From NCBI GenBank assembly GCA_002506755.1, contig DAYD01000023.1, positions 16,243-80,242 on the forward strand: a stretch of 64,000 nt of DNA, given 5' to 3'. Positions 9,363 through 20,445 of the stretch are shown piece by piece; the stretch's first letter is position 1; every line of letters begins with the position of its first letter. A program made the position numbers and the translations under genes. The stretch comes from Euryarchaeota archaeon UBA462. GTDB taxonomy: Archaea; Thermoplasmatota; Poseidoniia; Poseidoniales; Thalassarchaeaceae. The notes below the pieces were generated by a model. It worked only from the letters and a program-made list of their open reading frames with translations, did not search any database and was not told the origin of the DNA.

Positions 9363-11303
9363 TCACTCGGTTAGTGACAAAACCTTGCTTCGGTTTGAAA
9401 TCTCAGCGAAAATATCCGAAACAAAGTCATTTAGATCAACGCCATTCTTCTGACTGCCACCTCTATCTCTGATTGACACCGTCTCGTTTTGCACCTCATC
9501 GTCACCGAGGATTAACATGTACGAAGGGCGGACCTTCCTATGGGTCCTGATCTTCTTACCAATGGTATTGTCTGAGTCATCGACGCTTACCCTCACCCCT
9601 GCTATCTCAAGCTTCTCTCGGACCTTTTGAGCATATGATTTGTGCTTCTCGGAGATCGTAATTACCTGAACTTGAACAGGAGATAGCCAGGTTGGAAGAT
9701 TACCTGCCCACTGCTCCAGAAGGAATGCTACAAATCTCTCGTGTGTCGACAATGGAGCTCTGTGAATCACAAAAACCTCGCCATTCTCGTTTCCCGTCTC
9801 GTCCATATATGAAAGTTCGAACCTCTCCTTTGCCGCGAAGTCTAGCTGTATGGTTGCCATCGACTCTTCCCTACCTAGTGCAGTTCTAAACTGAATATCG
9901 ATCTTGGGCCCATAGAATGCGGCCTCCCCAACCGCCTCTGTATATTCCACCCCAAGGCCATCCATGATCTGACGTAGGTGATCTTGCGTTGCCTGCCAAT
10001 TCCCCGGCTGATCGATGTACTTGTCCTTGTTATCCGGATCCCACAGAGATAGCCGTAAGTCATAATCTTCGAAACCGAATGTTGAGTAGTACTCCTGAGC
10101 CATTCTAATGTTGCTCTCTACCTCGCTTGCAACCTGATCTAAGGTGCAGTAGATATGGGCGTCATTCATTGAAAGCATTCTAACTCTCAGCAGACCTGAT
10201 AGTGTTCCAGAGAGCTCATTTCTGTAAACAGTGCCATACTCCGCTATCCGGAGTGGTAGCTCTCTGTAGGATCTCTTGCTATTCGTGTAAACAAGATGGT
10301 GCATCGGGCAGTTCATCGCCTTGAGGTAATACTCTCCGTCATCCATCTCCATAGGAGGGTACATGCCATCGGAGTAGTGAGGCAGGTGTCCACTAGTTTC
10401 AAACAGTTCCTTTTTGCCTAGAACAGGGGTTGTGACTCTTACATACCCGTAAGCTTCTTCTGTTTCTACTGCAAACCTTTCGATTTCAGACTTTAACACC
10501 TCGCCATTGGGGAGCCAAACTGGTAAGCCTTTACCGATTAGCTCGTCAATCATGTAGAGGTCCATTTCCTTACCAATCTTCTTGTGGTCACGTCTGGATG
10601 CCTCTTCCAACTGCCTCTGCCTGGTCTTAAGGCCCTCTTTTGTTGCGTAGCACATTCCGTAGATTCTGACCAGTGACTCTCTGTCACTATTTGCTCTCCA
10701 GTAAGCTTGACTTGTGCTGGTCAGCTTGAACCACCTCAATTGGGAAGTGGTTGAGACGTGAGGCCCCCTGCACAGATCGACAAATTCGCCCTGCCTATAT
10801 GCCGATGAACCCACGTCATGCCCGATCTTGTCATCTAAAATCTCCAACTTGAATGGGTTTTGAGCGAACATTTCTCTAAGAGAGTCATTTCCATGCTCCT
10901 CCCTTTCTATTGTGATGTTCCGCTTCACCAATTCTTTCATTCTCTTCTCTATTTCCTTGAGTTCACTCTCTCCAATTGGGCCCATATGGAAGTCGTAGTA
11001 AAATCCGTGATCAATAGGAGGGCCGATTGTAGGCTTCGCATTTGGGTAAAGCTCGGTCACAGCTTGAGCGAGAAGATGTGCGCAACTGTGCCTCAAAATG
11101 TACAGTCCCTGTTCGGACTGGCCATTTATCGCCCTAACTTTGCAGTCCGAGTCCAAAATGTGTGACATATCTCGTTCAGTTCCATCCACTTCCGCTGCAA
11201 CCGCCCCTGACTTCTTACCATGTACATTTTGAATAACCTCTCCTGCGGTTATGCCACTTGCATACTCGTGGGTTTCGCCCTCTCCCACATCAATGGTAAT
11301 CAT
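9363..11303 (-). CDS. thrS: Threonyl-tRNA synthetase
   Basis: TGS-domain start MITIDVGEGE, class II core and HRAPLSTHERFVAFLLE. The preferred ATG at 11303 follows a G-rich stretch. The track start at 11384 (ATG, ATGA overlap with the arcC stop) would add 27 aa. Confidence 0.9.
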   Translation of the reverse strand: MITIDVGEGETHEYASGITAGEVIQNVHGKKSGAVAAEVDGTERDMSHILDSDCKVRAINGQSEQGLYILRHSCAHLLAQAVTELYPNAKPTIGPPIDHGFYYDFHMGPIGESELKEIEKRMKELVKRNITIEREEHGNDSLREMFAQNPFKLEILDDKIGHDVGSSAYRQGEFVDLCRGPHVSTTSQLRWFKLTSTSQAYWRANSDRESLVRIYGMCYATKEGLKTRQRQLEEASRRDHKKIGKEMDLYMIDELIGKGLPVWLPNGEVLKSEIERFAVETEEAYGYVRVTTPVLGKKELFETSGHLPHYSDGMYPPMEMDDGEYYLKAMNCPMHHLVYTNSKRSYRELPLRIAEYGTVYRNELSGTLSGLLRVRMLSMNDAHIYCTLDQVASEVESNIRMAQEYYSTFGFEDYDLRLSLWDPDNKDKYIDQPGNWQATQDHLRQIMDGLGVEYTEAVGEAAFYGPKIDIQFRTALGREESMATIQLDFAAKERFELSYMDETGNENGEVFVIHRAPLSTHERFVAFLLEQWAGNLPTWLSPVQVQVITISEKHKSYAQKVREKLEIAGVRVSVDDSDNTIGKKIRTHRKVRPSYMLILGDDEVQNETVSIRDRGGSQKNGVDLNDFVSDIFAEISNRSKVLSLTE

Positions 11304-11380
11304 CGTCAATTGCCCCCCTCGTATCCCGCGCCAACGGTTGCTGATATGAAGGCCTTGGCTATCCAATCTAGTCAAAACCC

Positions 11381-12289
11381 TCATTCTATGGTGAATTGAG
11401 TTCCAGCGCTCCCATCAACCATTCTTTCTAAATCTAGTAGTGAACCGATCACAGCCCTCTCACCGGTCCTCGTCACGAAGTCGCAAGCCGCTTCTACCTT
11501 TGGCCCCATGGATCCAACATCAAACTCATATTTTTTCATATCTTCCGGGGTAGCGTGATCCAACTTCTGCTGATCACTCTCTCCCCATCGATCGTAAACC
11601 CCATCTGCATCAGTTGCAAGGACCAGTAGCCTTGCATCTAACTGCCTGGCCAAGAGAGAGCTAGCTCTGTCCTTGTCGATGACAACTTCAACACCTTCTA
11701 GATTTCCTTCTGAGTTGTAGGCAGTGGGTATTCCACCCCCTCCAGCACAGATTACTATGGCCCCTTTCTCGAGGAGCCAGTGAATGGGCCTTAGCTCGAA
11801 TATTCTGTGGGGTTCTGGAGATGGCACCACTCTCCTCCACATGTCCCCATCACGGGCAATCTTCCATCCTCTTTCGGAGGATATCTCATTTGCATCCTCA
11901 CGCCGATAAACAGGTCCTATTGGCTTAGTCGGGTTCTGAAACGCAGGATCTTCGGGGTCCACTTCAACCATGGTTAGTATAGTGGCAAATGCCGTTTCAG
12001 TCGGCATTAGGTTTCCTAACTCTTGTTCAATCATATAACCGATCATTCCTTCAGACTGTGCACCCAATACATCTAGAGGATATCCTTCGACTTCATCGAA
12101 TGAGGCCGATTGAAGGGCTAGAAGACCTACTTGGGGTCCATTTCCGTGTGTAATCACGAGTTGGTGCTTCTCTGCCAGCGGCGCCAACGCTTTGCAAGCG
12201 ACTCTGACATTTCTTCTCTGATTCTCCGCAGTAAGTGGTTCCCCTCTTTTGAGGAGGGCATTACCTCCGAGAGCAACTACGATCCTCAT
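11381..12289 (-). CDS. arcC: Carbamate kinase
   Basis: [18 protein letters not shown]-terminus and amino-acid kinase fold motifs. ATG at 12289; the track start at 12322 is a GTG. Confidence 0.85.
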   Translation of the reverse strand: MRIVVALGGNALLKRGEPLTAENQRRNVRVACKALAPLAEKHQLVITHGNGPQVGLLALQSASFDEVEGYPLDVLGAQSEGMIGYMIEQELGNLMPTETAFATILTMVEVDPEDPAFQNPTKPIGPVYRREDANEISSERGWKIARDGDMWRRVVPSPEPHRIFELRPIHWLLEKGAIVICAGGGGIPTAYNSEGNLEGVEVVIDKDRASSLLARQLDARLLVLATDADGVYDRWGESDQQKLDHATPEDMKKYEFDVGSMGPKVEAACDFVTRTGERAVIGSLLDLERMVDGSAGTQFTIE

Positions 12290-12340
12290 CGGACTAGGCT
12301 GAGCGTGAATGGATAAGAACACTCGCCCTCTGGGGTGTCT

Positions 12341-13489
12341 ATGGTGCGTGTAGGAGTGTTGGCAAATCCAGATGCCGGATTGGGGGGGAGATTAGGTCTG
12401 AAGGGATCGGACGGCCAAGCAGATTTCGCCCGCTCAAAGGGTGCAGAAGACCGATCCGGACCTAGAATGAAATTAATGTTGCAACACTTTGCGAAAATAC
12501 ACAGAGTAGGCTTTGAGGAAATAGAATGGGTGACCAGCAGGGGAAGAATGGGATCAGATTGGATGCCGATGGAGAGTTATATCGAGTCTATTGATTACGT
12601 TCATGAATCCTCTGGGACTACAACGGCATCTGACACTCATTTAGCAGTAAAAAACATCCTTGACTCTGGTATTCAGATCTTGGTATACTCCGGAGGTGAC
12701 GGAACTACAAGAGATATCGTTTCGGCACTAGACACCGCAGGATTTCCCTCAATGCCGGTAATTGGGGTCCCATCAGGAGTCAAAATGCACTCTGGATGCT
12801 TTGCTAGCTCTCCCAGAGCAGCAGCAGAGGTACTTTCTGCCTGGATTGTTGGCGATCTTCTCGTATCCAGTACTGAGGTACTAGACTTAGACGAAGACCT
12901 TTACAGGGAGGGAAAATGGGTTGTAAGACTGTACGCAGAGGCCTTTTCACCCAATTCCCCCAGATGGATGCAAGGCTCAAAGGAGCTAATTCAGACGGAG
13001 TCTGAGGACGAGATAATCCAAGGCCTCTCAGATCACATAGAACAGTCCTTTGTTGACGATAATCGACTAATTATTTGGGGTTCTGGAGGTACATTGAGGT
13101 CTATAGGGGAAAATCTCGGGTTTGACCTTACTACTCTTGGTATCGATGCAACAGTGGGAAATGGACAGGTTGGAACAGATCTGGACGAAGCAGGTCTAAT
13201 CGAAATCCTCACTAAACATAGTGGCAAAATGACCCTACTGCTGTCGCCAATGGGGGGCCAAGGTTTTCTGATTGGGAGGGGAAATCTGCAGCTATCGCCC
13301 GAAGTGATCAAAATAATTGGCATCGACAATGTCTTGGGCGTCGTCACACCGTCTAAGCTACTCTCTGTAAGGGCGCTGAGGATAGAGACCGGAGATGAAA
13401 CCCTCGACTCCGAGTTTTCGTCAAGGAAATACTTGAAGATCTTGCAGGGTTATCGAACAACAAGAATACTGCCGGTTTCAGTAGACTAG
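12341..13489 (+). CDS. ATP-NAD kinase-like protein (COG3199 type)
   Basis: GGDGT motif ([11 protein letters not shown]). ATG at 12341; the track start at 12335 is a GTG. The stop overlaps the pyrG stop in CTAG. Confidence 0.55.
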   Translation: MVRVGVLANPDAGLGGRLGLKGSDGQADFARSKGAEDRSGPRMKLMLQHFAKIHRVGFEEIEWVTSRGRMGSDWMPMESYIESIDYVHESSGTTTASDTHLAVKNILDSGIQILVYSGGDGTTRDIVSALDTAGFPSMPVIGVPSGVKMHSGCFASSPRAAAEVLSAWIVGDLLVSSTEVLDLDEDLYREGKWVVRLYAEAFSPNSPRWMQGSKELIQTESEDEIIQGLSDHIEQSFVDDNRLIIWGSGGTLRSIGENLGFDLTTLGIDATVGNGQVGTDLDEAGLIEILTKHSGKMTLLLSPMGGQGFLIGRGNLQLSPEVIKIIGIDNVLGVVTPSKLLSVRALRIETGDETLDSEFSSRKYLKILQGYRTTRILPVSVD

Positions 13490-15147
13490 ATTTCCATCCC
13501 AGATGCCGCCATTAGCAGTCCTAAGAATGGGGGGCTGGGGCGATCTGGTCTAGACTTGAACTCAGGATGGTATTGAGTCCCCACATAGTATGGATGCCCC
13601 CCCAGCTCCATTATTTCGCACCTCTCTCCAGTCTCGTCTTTCCCTACATATACCATTCCTGCCTCTTCGATCTTTTCGATTAGGTCAGGATTGACTTCGT
13701 ACCTGTGCCTGTGCCTCTCGTTGACATGACCTTCTCCGCCGTACAATCTCCTAATCTTGCAGTCATCAACCAGGAAAGGGGTAGGCTTTGTTCCGAGCCT
13801 CATTGTGCCTCCCATATGGGTCTTGGAGATCTCAGGCATGAAGACAATTGCAGGATTTGGAGTATCCTCTTCAAACTCAGTAGAATTTGCGGATTTTAAT
13901 CCCAGAACGTTTCTGCAAAACTCTATCGTCGCAACCTGCAAACCTAGACAAACACCTAGATAGGGTACTTTGTTAGTTCTAGCATATTCAGCAGCTTTGA
14001 TCTTCCCCTCAATCCCTCTGATTCCAAAACCTCCGGGGACAAGAATCCCATCCGCACTTCTAAGAACGGACCAAGCAGAGTCATGAGACTCCGGGTCGGA
14101 CTTCTTTGCCTCTTCATCCAAGTCAGAGGACTCTATCCAGTCAATGACAAGTTTCCTATTAACCTTGAAAGAGGCATGTTGTAGGGCCTTTATGACACTA
14201 AGATACGAATCAGCGAGGTCAGTGTACTTTCCCGCAACTGCAATGTGGACCTCCTCTGCTTGGTCTAGGGAGTCAACATGGTCGGCCATCTTCTTCCAAT
14301 CTTCCAGTAGCTTCCTCCTGACAGGGAGTTCAAATCCAAATCTCTCAGATAGCATCTTGGTCACTCCTTGCTCATCTAATATTATCGGGACTTGATAGAT
14401 GTTCGAAACATCGTGAGCGGAGACAACAGCTTCGGGCAGAACGTGACAGAATGCTGAGATCTTCTCCCTAGTCTCATCAATCAGCGCGCTCTTTGACCTG
14501 CACACCAACATGTGGGGGTTGATGCCGAGGCCTCGCAGATCTTTCACCGTGTGCTGAGTAGGCTTCGTCTTCTGTTCTCCTACCGGTCCCATCACGGGTA
14601 TCAGGCTGACATGAACGAAACAAACATTCTCTTGCCCAACTCTGAATTGAAATTGACGCAACGCCTCCACGAATGGGGCACTCTCAATGTCCCCAACAGT
14701 CCCACCCAACTCGATTACACAAGCATCGGGCTCTTTCCCATTTCCATCACTGGAAGTATGCGCAACCCTCTCTATCCAATCCTGGATTTCGTTAGTTATG
14801 TGTGGGATGACCTGGACTGTTTTTCCGAGGTAATCCCCCCTCCTCTCCTTCTGAATCACATTGTCGTAAACCTTTCCGGTGGTGATATTATTCTCTCTGG
14901 TTAGGCACACGTCAAGGAACCTCTCATAATTGCCCAAGTCGAGATCAACCTCTCCGCCGTCATCCAAGACGAAAACCTCCCCATGCTCAAATGGGGACAT
15001 TGTTCCAGCATCGCAGTTTAGATATGGATCAATTTTTACCGCCGTGACTCGCAGACCAGCACTTTTTAGAAGAACTCCAATGCTACTTGCAGTCACTCCT
15101 TTACCCAATCCCGAAAGAACTCCACCCGTCACAACGACATACTTCAT
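13486..15147 (-). CDS. pyrG: CTP synthase
   Basis: [18 protein letters not shown]-terminus and a C-terminal glutamine amidotransferase domain (GVCLGLQ). The preferred ATG at 15147 avoids an overlap with the divergent gene at 15255. The track ORF extends to 15330. Confidence 0.9.
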   Translation of the reverse strand: MKYVVVTGGVLSGLGKGVTASSIGVLLKSAGLRVTAVKIDPYLNCDAGTMSPFEHGEVFVLDDGGEVDLDLGNYERFLDVCLTRENNITTGKVYDNVIQKERRGDYLGKTVQVIPHITNEIQDWIERVAHTSSDGNGKEPDACVIELGGTVGDIESAPFVEALRQFQFRVGQENVCFVHVSLIPVMGPVGEQKTKPTQHTVKDLRGLGINPHMLVCRSKSALIDETREKISAFCHVLPEAVVSAHDVSNIYQVPIILDEQGVTKMLSERFGFELPVRRKLLEDWKKMADHVDSLDQAEEVHIAVAGKYTDLADSYLSVIKALQHASFKVNRKLVIDWIESSDLDEEAKKSDPESHDSAWSVLRSADGILVPGGFGIRGIEGKIKAAEYARTNKVPYLGVCLGLQVATIEFCRNVLGLKSANSTEFEEDTPNPAIVFMPEISKTHMGGTMRLGTKPTPFLVDDCKIRRLYGGEGHVNERHRHRYEVNPDLIEKIEEAGMVYVGKDETGERCEIMELGGHPYYVGTQYHPEFKSRPDRPSPPFLGLLMAASGMEI

Positions 15148-15254
15148 CTCATCAACGGGGTCTGAAGCCATCATCACTCGCATATCAACATTGGCCAACT
15201 GTTTCGTGTTTCTCCCTACTTTAATTTCAAGTATCTTCAGAATTAGGGTCGCAC

Positions 15255-16211
15255 ATGTCGGACCCCCTAGGGGACAGCGTCTTGGTAACAGGTGCTCTGG
15301 GACAAATTGGTACTGACCTTGTTGATGCACTTAGAGAAAAACACGGCAAGTCTTCAGTCATTGCTTCAGACATTAGGGATGATCAGGGGCACCCCTCAGC
15401 CAATGAGGGGCCATTTGTCGTATTAGATGTCCTCGATACAGACTCAATTACTAAAATTTGCAAAGATGAGGGCATTGGAACCGTCTATCATCTAGCAGCG
15501 TTGCTTTCTGCTACAGGTGAGAAAAATCCTGATCTATGCAGGAAAGTAAACGTAGGGGGGACGGTTTCTATATTGGAGGCAGCAAAGCAATGCTCACTTA
15601 GGGTCTATTCTCCTTCTTCGATTGCGGTTTTCGGACCGGACTCCCCAAAGCATGCTCCTCAGGTGACGGATCTTAATCCCACGACCGTATATGGCGAAAC
15701 TAAAGTCACAGGAGAGGCTCTAGCACTGGAATACAGACGCAATTATGGGGTAGATGCGAGGGGAATTAGATACCCGGGTCTTGTATCGTACAAGGCACCC
15801 GCCGGAGGTGGGACCACTGATTACGCGGTCGATATATTCCACTCCGCAATTAATGATGGCCACTACGATTGCTTCGTTCGATCCGATACTCGTCTTCCTA
15901 TGCTATACATGGAAGATGCAATAAGGGCTACCATCTCTTTGATGGATGCTCCTAGTGACACTCTGGGAAAATCTAGAGCCGGATACAATATCGACTGTCT
16001 CTCGTTTTCAGCTAAGGAGCTGGCCGATTCGATTTCAAAGAGAGTCAACAATTTCACATGTGATTATGTCCCAGATGTACGTCAGGAGTATGCTGACTCT
16101 TGGCCGGATTCCATCGATGGATCAATTGCGAAAATGGAGTGGGGCTGGTCTCCCGAGTTCGGTCTCGAAGAAATGGTGGACGCGATGCTCGATGGACTAT
16201 CTGGGAACTAG
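15255..16211 (+). CDS. Extended-SDR NAD-dependent epimerase/dehydratase, L-threonine 3-dehydrogenase-like
   Basis: [14 protein letters not shown] Rossmann motif and a YxxxK-type core (YGETK). About 318 aa, typical of epimerase-like TDH. Confidence 0.6.
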   Translation: MSDPLGDSVLVTGALGQIGTDLVDALREKHGKSSVIASDIRDDQGHPSANEGPFVVLDVLDTDSITKICKDEGIGTVYHLAALLSATGEKNPDLCRKVNVGGTVSILEAAKQCSLRVYSPSSIAVFGPDSPKHAPQVTDLNPTTVYGETKVTGEALALEYRRNYGVDARGIRYPGLVSYKAPAGGGTTDYAVDIFHSAINDGHYDCFVRSDTRLPMLYMEDAIRATISLMDAPSDTLGKSRAGYNIDCLSFSAKELADSISKRVNNFTCDYVPDVRQEYADSWPDSIDGSIAKMEWGWSPEFGLEEMVDAMLDGLSGN

Positions 16212-17803
16212 TCCTCGAGCTCATCATCTTGCCAGTCAGGAGTACTGGGATCGGTCCTTGCCCAAAGGACATCATCGATCCGGAGAACACTGATTGCCGC
16301 TTCTGTTGCTCCAGAAAGAGCATGTTCAACTACGAATTCCGGATCAAAGACCCCTTTCTCAGCCATGTCTGAGCTTCCGCCCGAATCAAGATCCAGACCT
16401 ATCCAAGAGCCGGACTCCTTTTGGTCTGCGGATAGGGATAGAATTGACTCAACCGGATCCCATCCTGCGTTCTCTGATAGAATTCTAGGGATCGACTCCA
16501 GCGCGGATGCATATCCTTCGATTGCCAACTGCTCCCTTCCTGATTGGGATTTGGAGAATTTTCTCAGATGTCTGGCCAGATGGGATTGCGTGGCCCCTCC
16601 TCCCGGTAGGATTCCCGGATAACCGTTCAAGCGATGCGCGACCCCCAGGGCGTCATCGAAAATCCTGATCGCCTCTTCTCTTATGGCTCGAGATGAACCC
16701 CTGACGACAAAACTCATCCCTACTCCATCACCTTCAATCAGTGTATGGCTGACATCTGCTATTCTCTCCTCTGATCTACTGGAAAATGTCCCAAGCTCAT
16801 CTTTGGTCAATTTCATAGGATTACTCACAGGCTTTGCTCCAGTAATTGTAGAAAGTAGCTCCATATCCTTCCTCTCGAATCTTCTGTATGCAGTAATTCC
16901 AGAATCAGTTAGCATCGATATCGCCTCATCAGATATTCCTTCCCTGACTACAAGTAAGTCGACTCCTAATGAGGAGAGATGTTCTATCTTGTCTTTGAAT
17001 CTCTTTGTGGCTCTTTTGTGAAATTCCCTAAGATTAGAAGGGTTCCCGACCTCAATAGTAGCACTAATCTCTAACTTTGCTGGTTCTAGGCCGCCGTCAA
17101 TTATTGCTATTTTCCCAGGGCCTGTTTTTTTCGGGCTTGCAATGTCGACTCTGGACTTCAGAAGCATCAACCCATTCACCAATTTGGTTTCCATCAAGTT
17201 CCCCTCATCGATCTGAATCCTTTTCACCCTAATTCTTTCTAAATCTACATTCCCTGACTCCTTGGATAGCGAATCTGCTGCCTCTATGGCAAGAGTTGCA
17301 ATCTTATCACAAAGAGATGAGTCGCCCTTTCCCTGCAAGGAAGTCTTCACAACAGATTTTCTTTGAGTTTCGCTCGCATCTATTGAAAGCCTTGTAATCT
17401 CACGAAGAGCCTCGTCTAGAGAAAGCTCATACCCCTTGACTACAACCGAGGGGTGAATACCCATTCTTACTAGCTCAAGAGCATTCTGCAGCATCTCGGA
17501 AATCAAAAGGACAGTAGTCGTAGTACCATCTCTAGCGTACCTATCCTGGGAGGAAGAAGCATCAATCAACATTCTTGCAGTAGGGTGTTCAACATTTGCA
17601 GTCTCGATTACTGTTACTCCATCATTTGTCACAATCGCGGTCCCATCTTCCTTGACGAGCATCTTGTCAAGTCCCTTGGGGCCGAGTGTGGAACTAATTG
17701 CTCCGGCGAGGGAGGAAGCAGCACTCACATTGTTAACTAGCGCAGTTCTTCCGTGAATACGGTCAGTTTCCTGCAGAGTAATATCATGATCGGATTCTAC
17801 CAT
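16208..17803 (-). CDS. ths: Thermosome subunit (group II chaperonin)
   Basis: LGPKGLDKMLV, TNDGVT and LPGGGATQSHLA motifs. The preferred ATG at 17803 gives a canonical N-terminal length. The track start at 17872 is a TTG. Confidence 0.9.
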   Translation of the reverse strand: MVESDHDITLQETDRIHGRTALVNNVSAASSLAGAISSTLGPKGLDKMLVKEDGTAIVTNDGVTVIETANVEHPTARMLIDASSSQDRYARDGTTTTVLLISEMLQNALELVRMGIHPSVVVKGYELSLDEALREITRLSIDASETQRKSVVKTSLQGKGDSSLCDKIATLAIEAADSLSKESGNVDLERIRVKRIQIDEGNLMETKLVNGLMLLKSRVDIASPKKTGPGKIAIIDGGLEPAKLEISATIEVGNPSNLREFHKRATKRFKDKIEHLSSLGVDLLVVREGISDEAISMLTDSGITAYRRFERKDMELLSTITGAKPVSNPMKLTKDELGTFSSRSEERIADVSHTLIEGDGVGMSFVVRGSSRAIREEAIRIFDDALGVAHRLNGYPGILPGGGATQSHLARHLRKFSKSQSGREQLAIEGYASALESIPRILSENAGWDPVESILSLSADQKESGSWIGLDLDSGGSSDMAEKGVFDPEFVVEHALSGATEAAISVLRIDDVLWARTDPSTPDWQDDELED

Positions 17804-17937
17804 TATGAGGCTCGGAACGAAGACTCCGTTTTCAATTCGCTCATGGTCAATGAAACCTACTGAGTGGGACAATTTCCGTTTGTTTCATATACCACCGCTC
17901 TATCCCACTATACAACTCAAGGTTGACTAGTGATAAT

Positions 17938-18540
17938 ATGACTGACAGTAATTGGGATGAAATCGATGATAAAGCCATGGAGGAGATGGTTAGAATGTTC
18001 GAACAAATGGGTATGCCAGTAGATCTAGACACACTGAGGTCGATGATAAAACAGGTGAGGAGCCAGTTCGAAGAAATGGGCATCGATCCCGAAAAGATGT
18101 CCATGAGCGAAGTGAAGCTGGGATTAAACTCAGACTCTGAAGACTTTATGAAGAATATAGAGTCAATGATTAGCGGTCCGCAAGGATTGGGCGAATTCCT
18201 GAAGAAAATGGGTGTTGACATCCACATCAAACCTGCCGAATCCGAAGTCACTGTAGATGTTGATGAAAATTTAAATCAGAAAGAAGACGACTCAATTCCC
18301 GATAACGATGTTTTCGTTCAAGGGAACAAGATGTCAATCACTATCGATATCTCAAACTACGATGATATTGAGTCAGAAAATATAGAATTAAGTTTGACCG
18401 GAGGGGGAGAGGTTCTCCAGTTACTGAGGATAAATCAGATCCGACCGTTCAGGACATATGTCCTTCCACACACATGTGTGGGGGAACCCCATTGGGAAAT
18501 AAACAATGGAATTCTAGATATTTCATTCGAGCTAGAGTAG
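17938..18540 (+). CDS. Acidic protein with an Hsp20/alpha-crystallin(CS)-like C-terminal domain
   Basis: ATG at 17938. The C-terminal MSITIDISNY...IELSLTGGGEVLQLL...RTYVLPHTCVGEPHWEINNGILDISFEL resembles the ACD beta-sandwich pattern (R-x-[IV]-x-LP...NG[IV]L). It ends 27 nt before dnaK. Confidence 0.45.
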   Translation: MTDSNWDEIDDKAMEEMVRMFEQMGMPVDLDTLRSMIKQVRSQFEEMGIDPEKMSMSEVKLGLNSDSEDFMKNIESMISGPQGLGEFLKKMGVDIHIKPAESEVTVDVDENLNQKEDDSIPDNDVFVQGNKMSITIDISNYDDIESENIELSLTGGGEVLQLLRINQIRPFRTYVLPHTCVGEPHWEINNGILDISFELE

Positions 18541-18567
18541 CTTTGAAAAAAATTGGAGGAAAAAGAA

Positions 18568-20445
18568 ATGGGATCAGCAGTAATTGGAATAGACCTGGGA
18601 ACGACAAACAGTTGTGTGGCAACAATAGAGGGTGGAAAGGCAGTTGTGATACCGAACTCGGAAGGTTCGAGGACCACTCCGAGCGTTGTAGCGTTCAGCA
18701 AAGATGGAGAGAGACTTGTTGGCGTCACGGCTAAGAGACAAGCCGTGACTAATTCGGAAAGGACAATTATTTCTGTCAAGAGAGAGATGGGTACGGATTG
18801 GACAAAGGAGATTGATGATGACAAATATTCACCACAGGAAATCTCCGCCTTCGTACTTCAGAAGCTAAAGGCCGACGCGGAAGAATATCTTGGAACAGAG
18901 GTAAAGCAGGCCGTAGTGACATGCCCTGCATACTTCTCCGACTCTCAAAGGAAGGCCACCAAGGATGCTGGCAGAATCGCAGGCCTAGAGGTTTTGAGGA
19001 TAATCAACGAACCAACCGCCGCTGCGCTTGCTTACGGAGTCGACAAAGAAGAAGACCAGACGGTTTTGGTTTATGACCTCGGGGGCGGGACTTTCGATGT
19101 TTCGATTTTGGAAATATATCAGGTCGATGGACAACCCCAGATCGAAGTAAAGGCCACTAGCGGGGACAACAGGTTAGGTGGAGACGACTTCGACGAAGTA
19201 GTAATGGATTGGATCGTTTCTGAGTTTAAGAAGTCCACAGGAATAGATCTGAAGAAAGATCTGCAAGCAATCAGCAGGATTAGAGAGGCTGCTGAGAAGG
19301 CCAAGATTGAGCTCTCAGGAACTCCCTCAACTCAAATCAATCTCCCATTTATTACCATGAAGGACGGTCAACCCGAGCATCTTGACATGTCTCTGACTCG
19401 ATCAAACTTTGAAAAACTCATTTCAAAACTCGTGGAGAGAACAATGAGCCCAACAAGGCAAGCAATGAAGGATGCATCCATCAAGAAGGGCGATGTAGAT
19501 AAGGTCCTACTAGTCGGAGGTTCAACTAGGGTACCAGCAGTACAGCAGGCGATTGAGGAAGAGGTCGGCAAGGCCCCCTTCAAAGGAATAAACCCGGACG
19601 AGGCGGTTGCGATGGGGGCAGCCCTCCAGGCAGGGATTATTGTCGGTGATGAGGGCGTCACCGACGTCCTACTTCTAGACGTGACGCCGTTGACACTCGG
19701 AATCGAGACACTAGGCGGGGTCACCACTACAATGATTGAGAGGAACACTACCATACCATCTAGGAGATCCGAGACTTTCTCAACTGCAGCCGACAACCAA
19801 CCTGCTGTGGAAGTTCACGTGCTTCAGGGAGAAAGAGAATTTGCCAAAGACAACATCACACTTGGAAAGTTCCACCTTATGGGGATACCAGCCGCACCCA
19901 GAGGGATACCTCAGATAGAGGTGGCATTCGACATAGACGCTAACGGTATCGTTAACGTATCGGCAAAGGACCTCGGAACTGGCAAAGAGCAGTCTATCAA
20001 AATCGAGAGCCAGACTTCTTTGAGCGAGGATGAAATCAAACAGAAGATCGAGGATGCCGAGAAGTTTGCCGATGAGGACAAGAGGCGAAAGGCTAAGGTG
20101 GAAATGAGAAACACCGCTGATAGCGTGGTCTATCAGACCCGAAAGATGATTGATGAAAACGAAGACAAGCTTTCGGAGGAGGACACAAAACCAGTTCTCA
20201 AGAAACTTGAAGAGCTAGAGGCGTTGATCATCAAAGACGATGTCCCCATCTCAATAGAAGAAATAGATGAGGCCGCGATTCAAACAAAGATGACCGAGCT
20301 GGAGGGGGCCATGCACTCGGTCTCAACCAAGCTCTATGAGGCCGCTGCAGCTGAGATGGCCGAGGAAAAAGAAGAGGATAAAGACGAAGGTGTTGTTGAT
20401 GCAGATTTTGAAGTCGTAGACACTGATGAAGATGAGGACATGTAA
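18568..20445 (+). CDS. dnaK: Hsp70 chaperone DnaK
   Basis: [20 protein letters not shown] and an acidic C-terminal tail. ATG at 18568 is preceded by GGAGGA. Confidence 0.95.
   Translation: MGSAVIGIDLGTTNSCVATIEGGKAVVIPNSEGSRTTPSVVAFSKDGERLVGVTAKRQAVTNSERTIISVKREMGTDWTKEIDDDKYSPQEISAFVLQKLKADAEEYLGTEVKQAVVTCPAYFSDSQRKATKDAGRIAGLEVLRIINEPTAAALAYGVDKEEDQTVLVYDLGGGTFDVSILEIYQVDGQPQIEVKATSGDNRLGGDDFDEVVMDWIVSEFKKSTGIDLKKDLQAISRIREAAEKAKIELSGTPSTQINLPFITMKDGQPEHLDMSLTRSNFEKLISKLVERTMSPTRQAMKDASIKKGDVDKVLLVGGSTRVPAVQQAIEEEVGKAPFKGINPDEAVAMGAALQAGIIVGDEGVTDVLLLDVTPLTLGIETLGGVTTTMIERNTTIPSRRSETFSTAADNQPAVEVHVLQGEREFAKDNITLGKFHLMGIPAAPRGIPQIEVAFDIDANGIVNVSAKDLGTGKEQSIKIESQTSLSEDEIKQKIEDAEKFADEDKRRKAKVEMRNTADSVVYQTRKMIDENEDKLSEEDTKPVLKKLEELEALIIKDDVPISIEEIDEAAIQTKMTELEGAMHSVSTKLYEAAAAEMAEEKEEDKDEGVVDADFEVVDTDEDEDM

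Noticed and set aside
13486-15330. 61-aa N-terminal extension of CTP synthase (and similar TTG/GTG-initiated extensions of thrS, arcC, the thermosome gene, pepA and ppk2)
   Set aside because: The extensions precede the canonical protein N-termini. Several overlap divergent neighbours, and they start at non-ATG codons without an SD. Internal ATG starts are preferred.
17847-18251. 134-aa minus-strand ORF between the thermosome and dnaK genes
   Set aside because: It is antisense to the acidic Hsp20-like gene, which has a proper ATG and is positioned as the dnaK leader gene.
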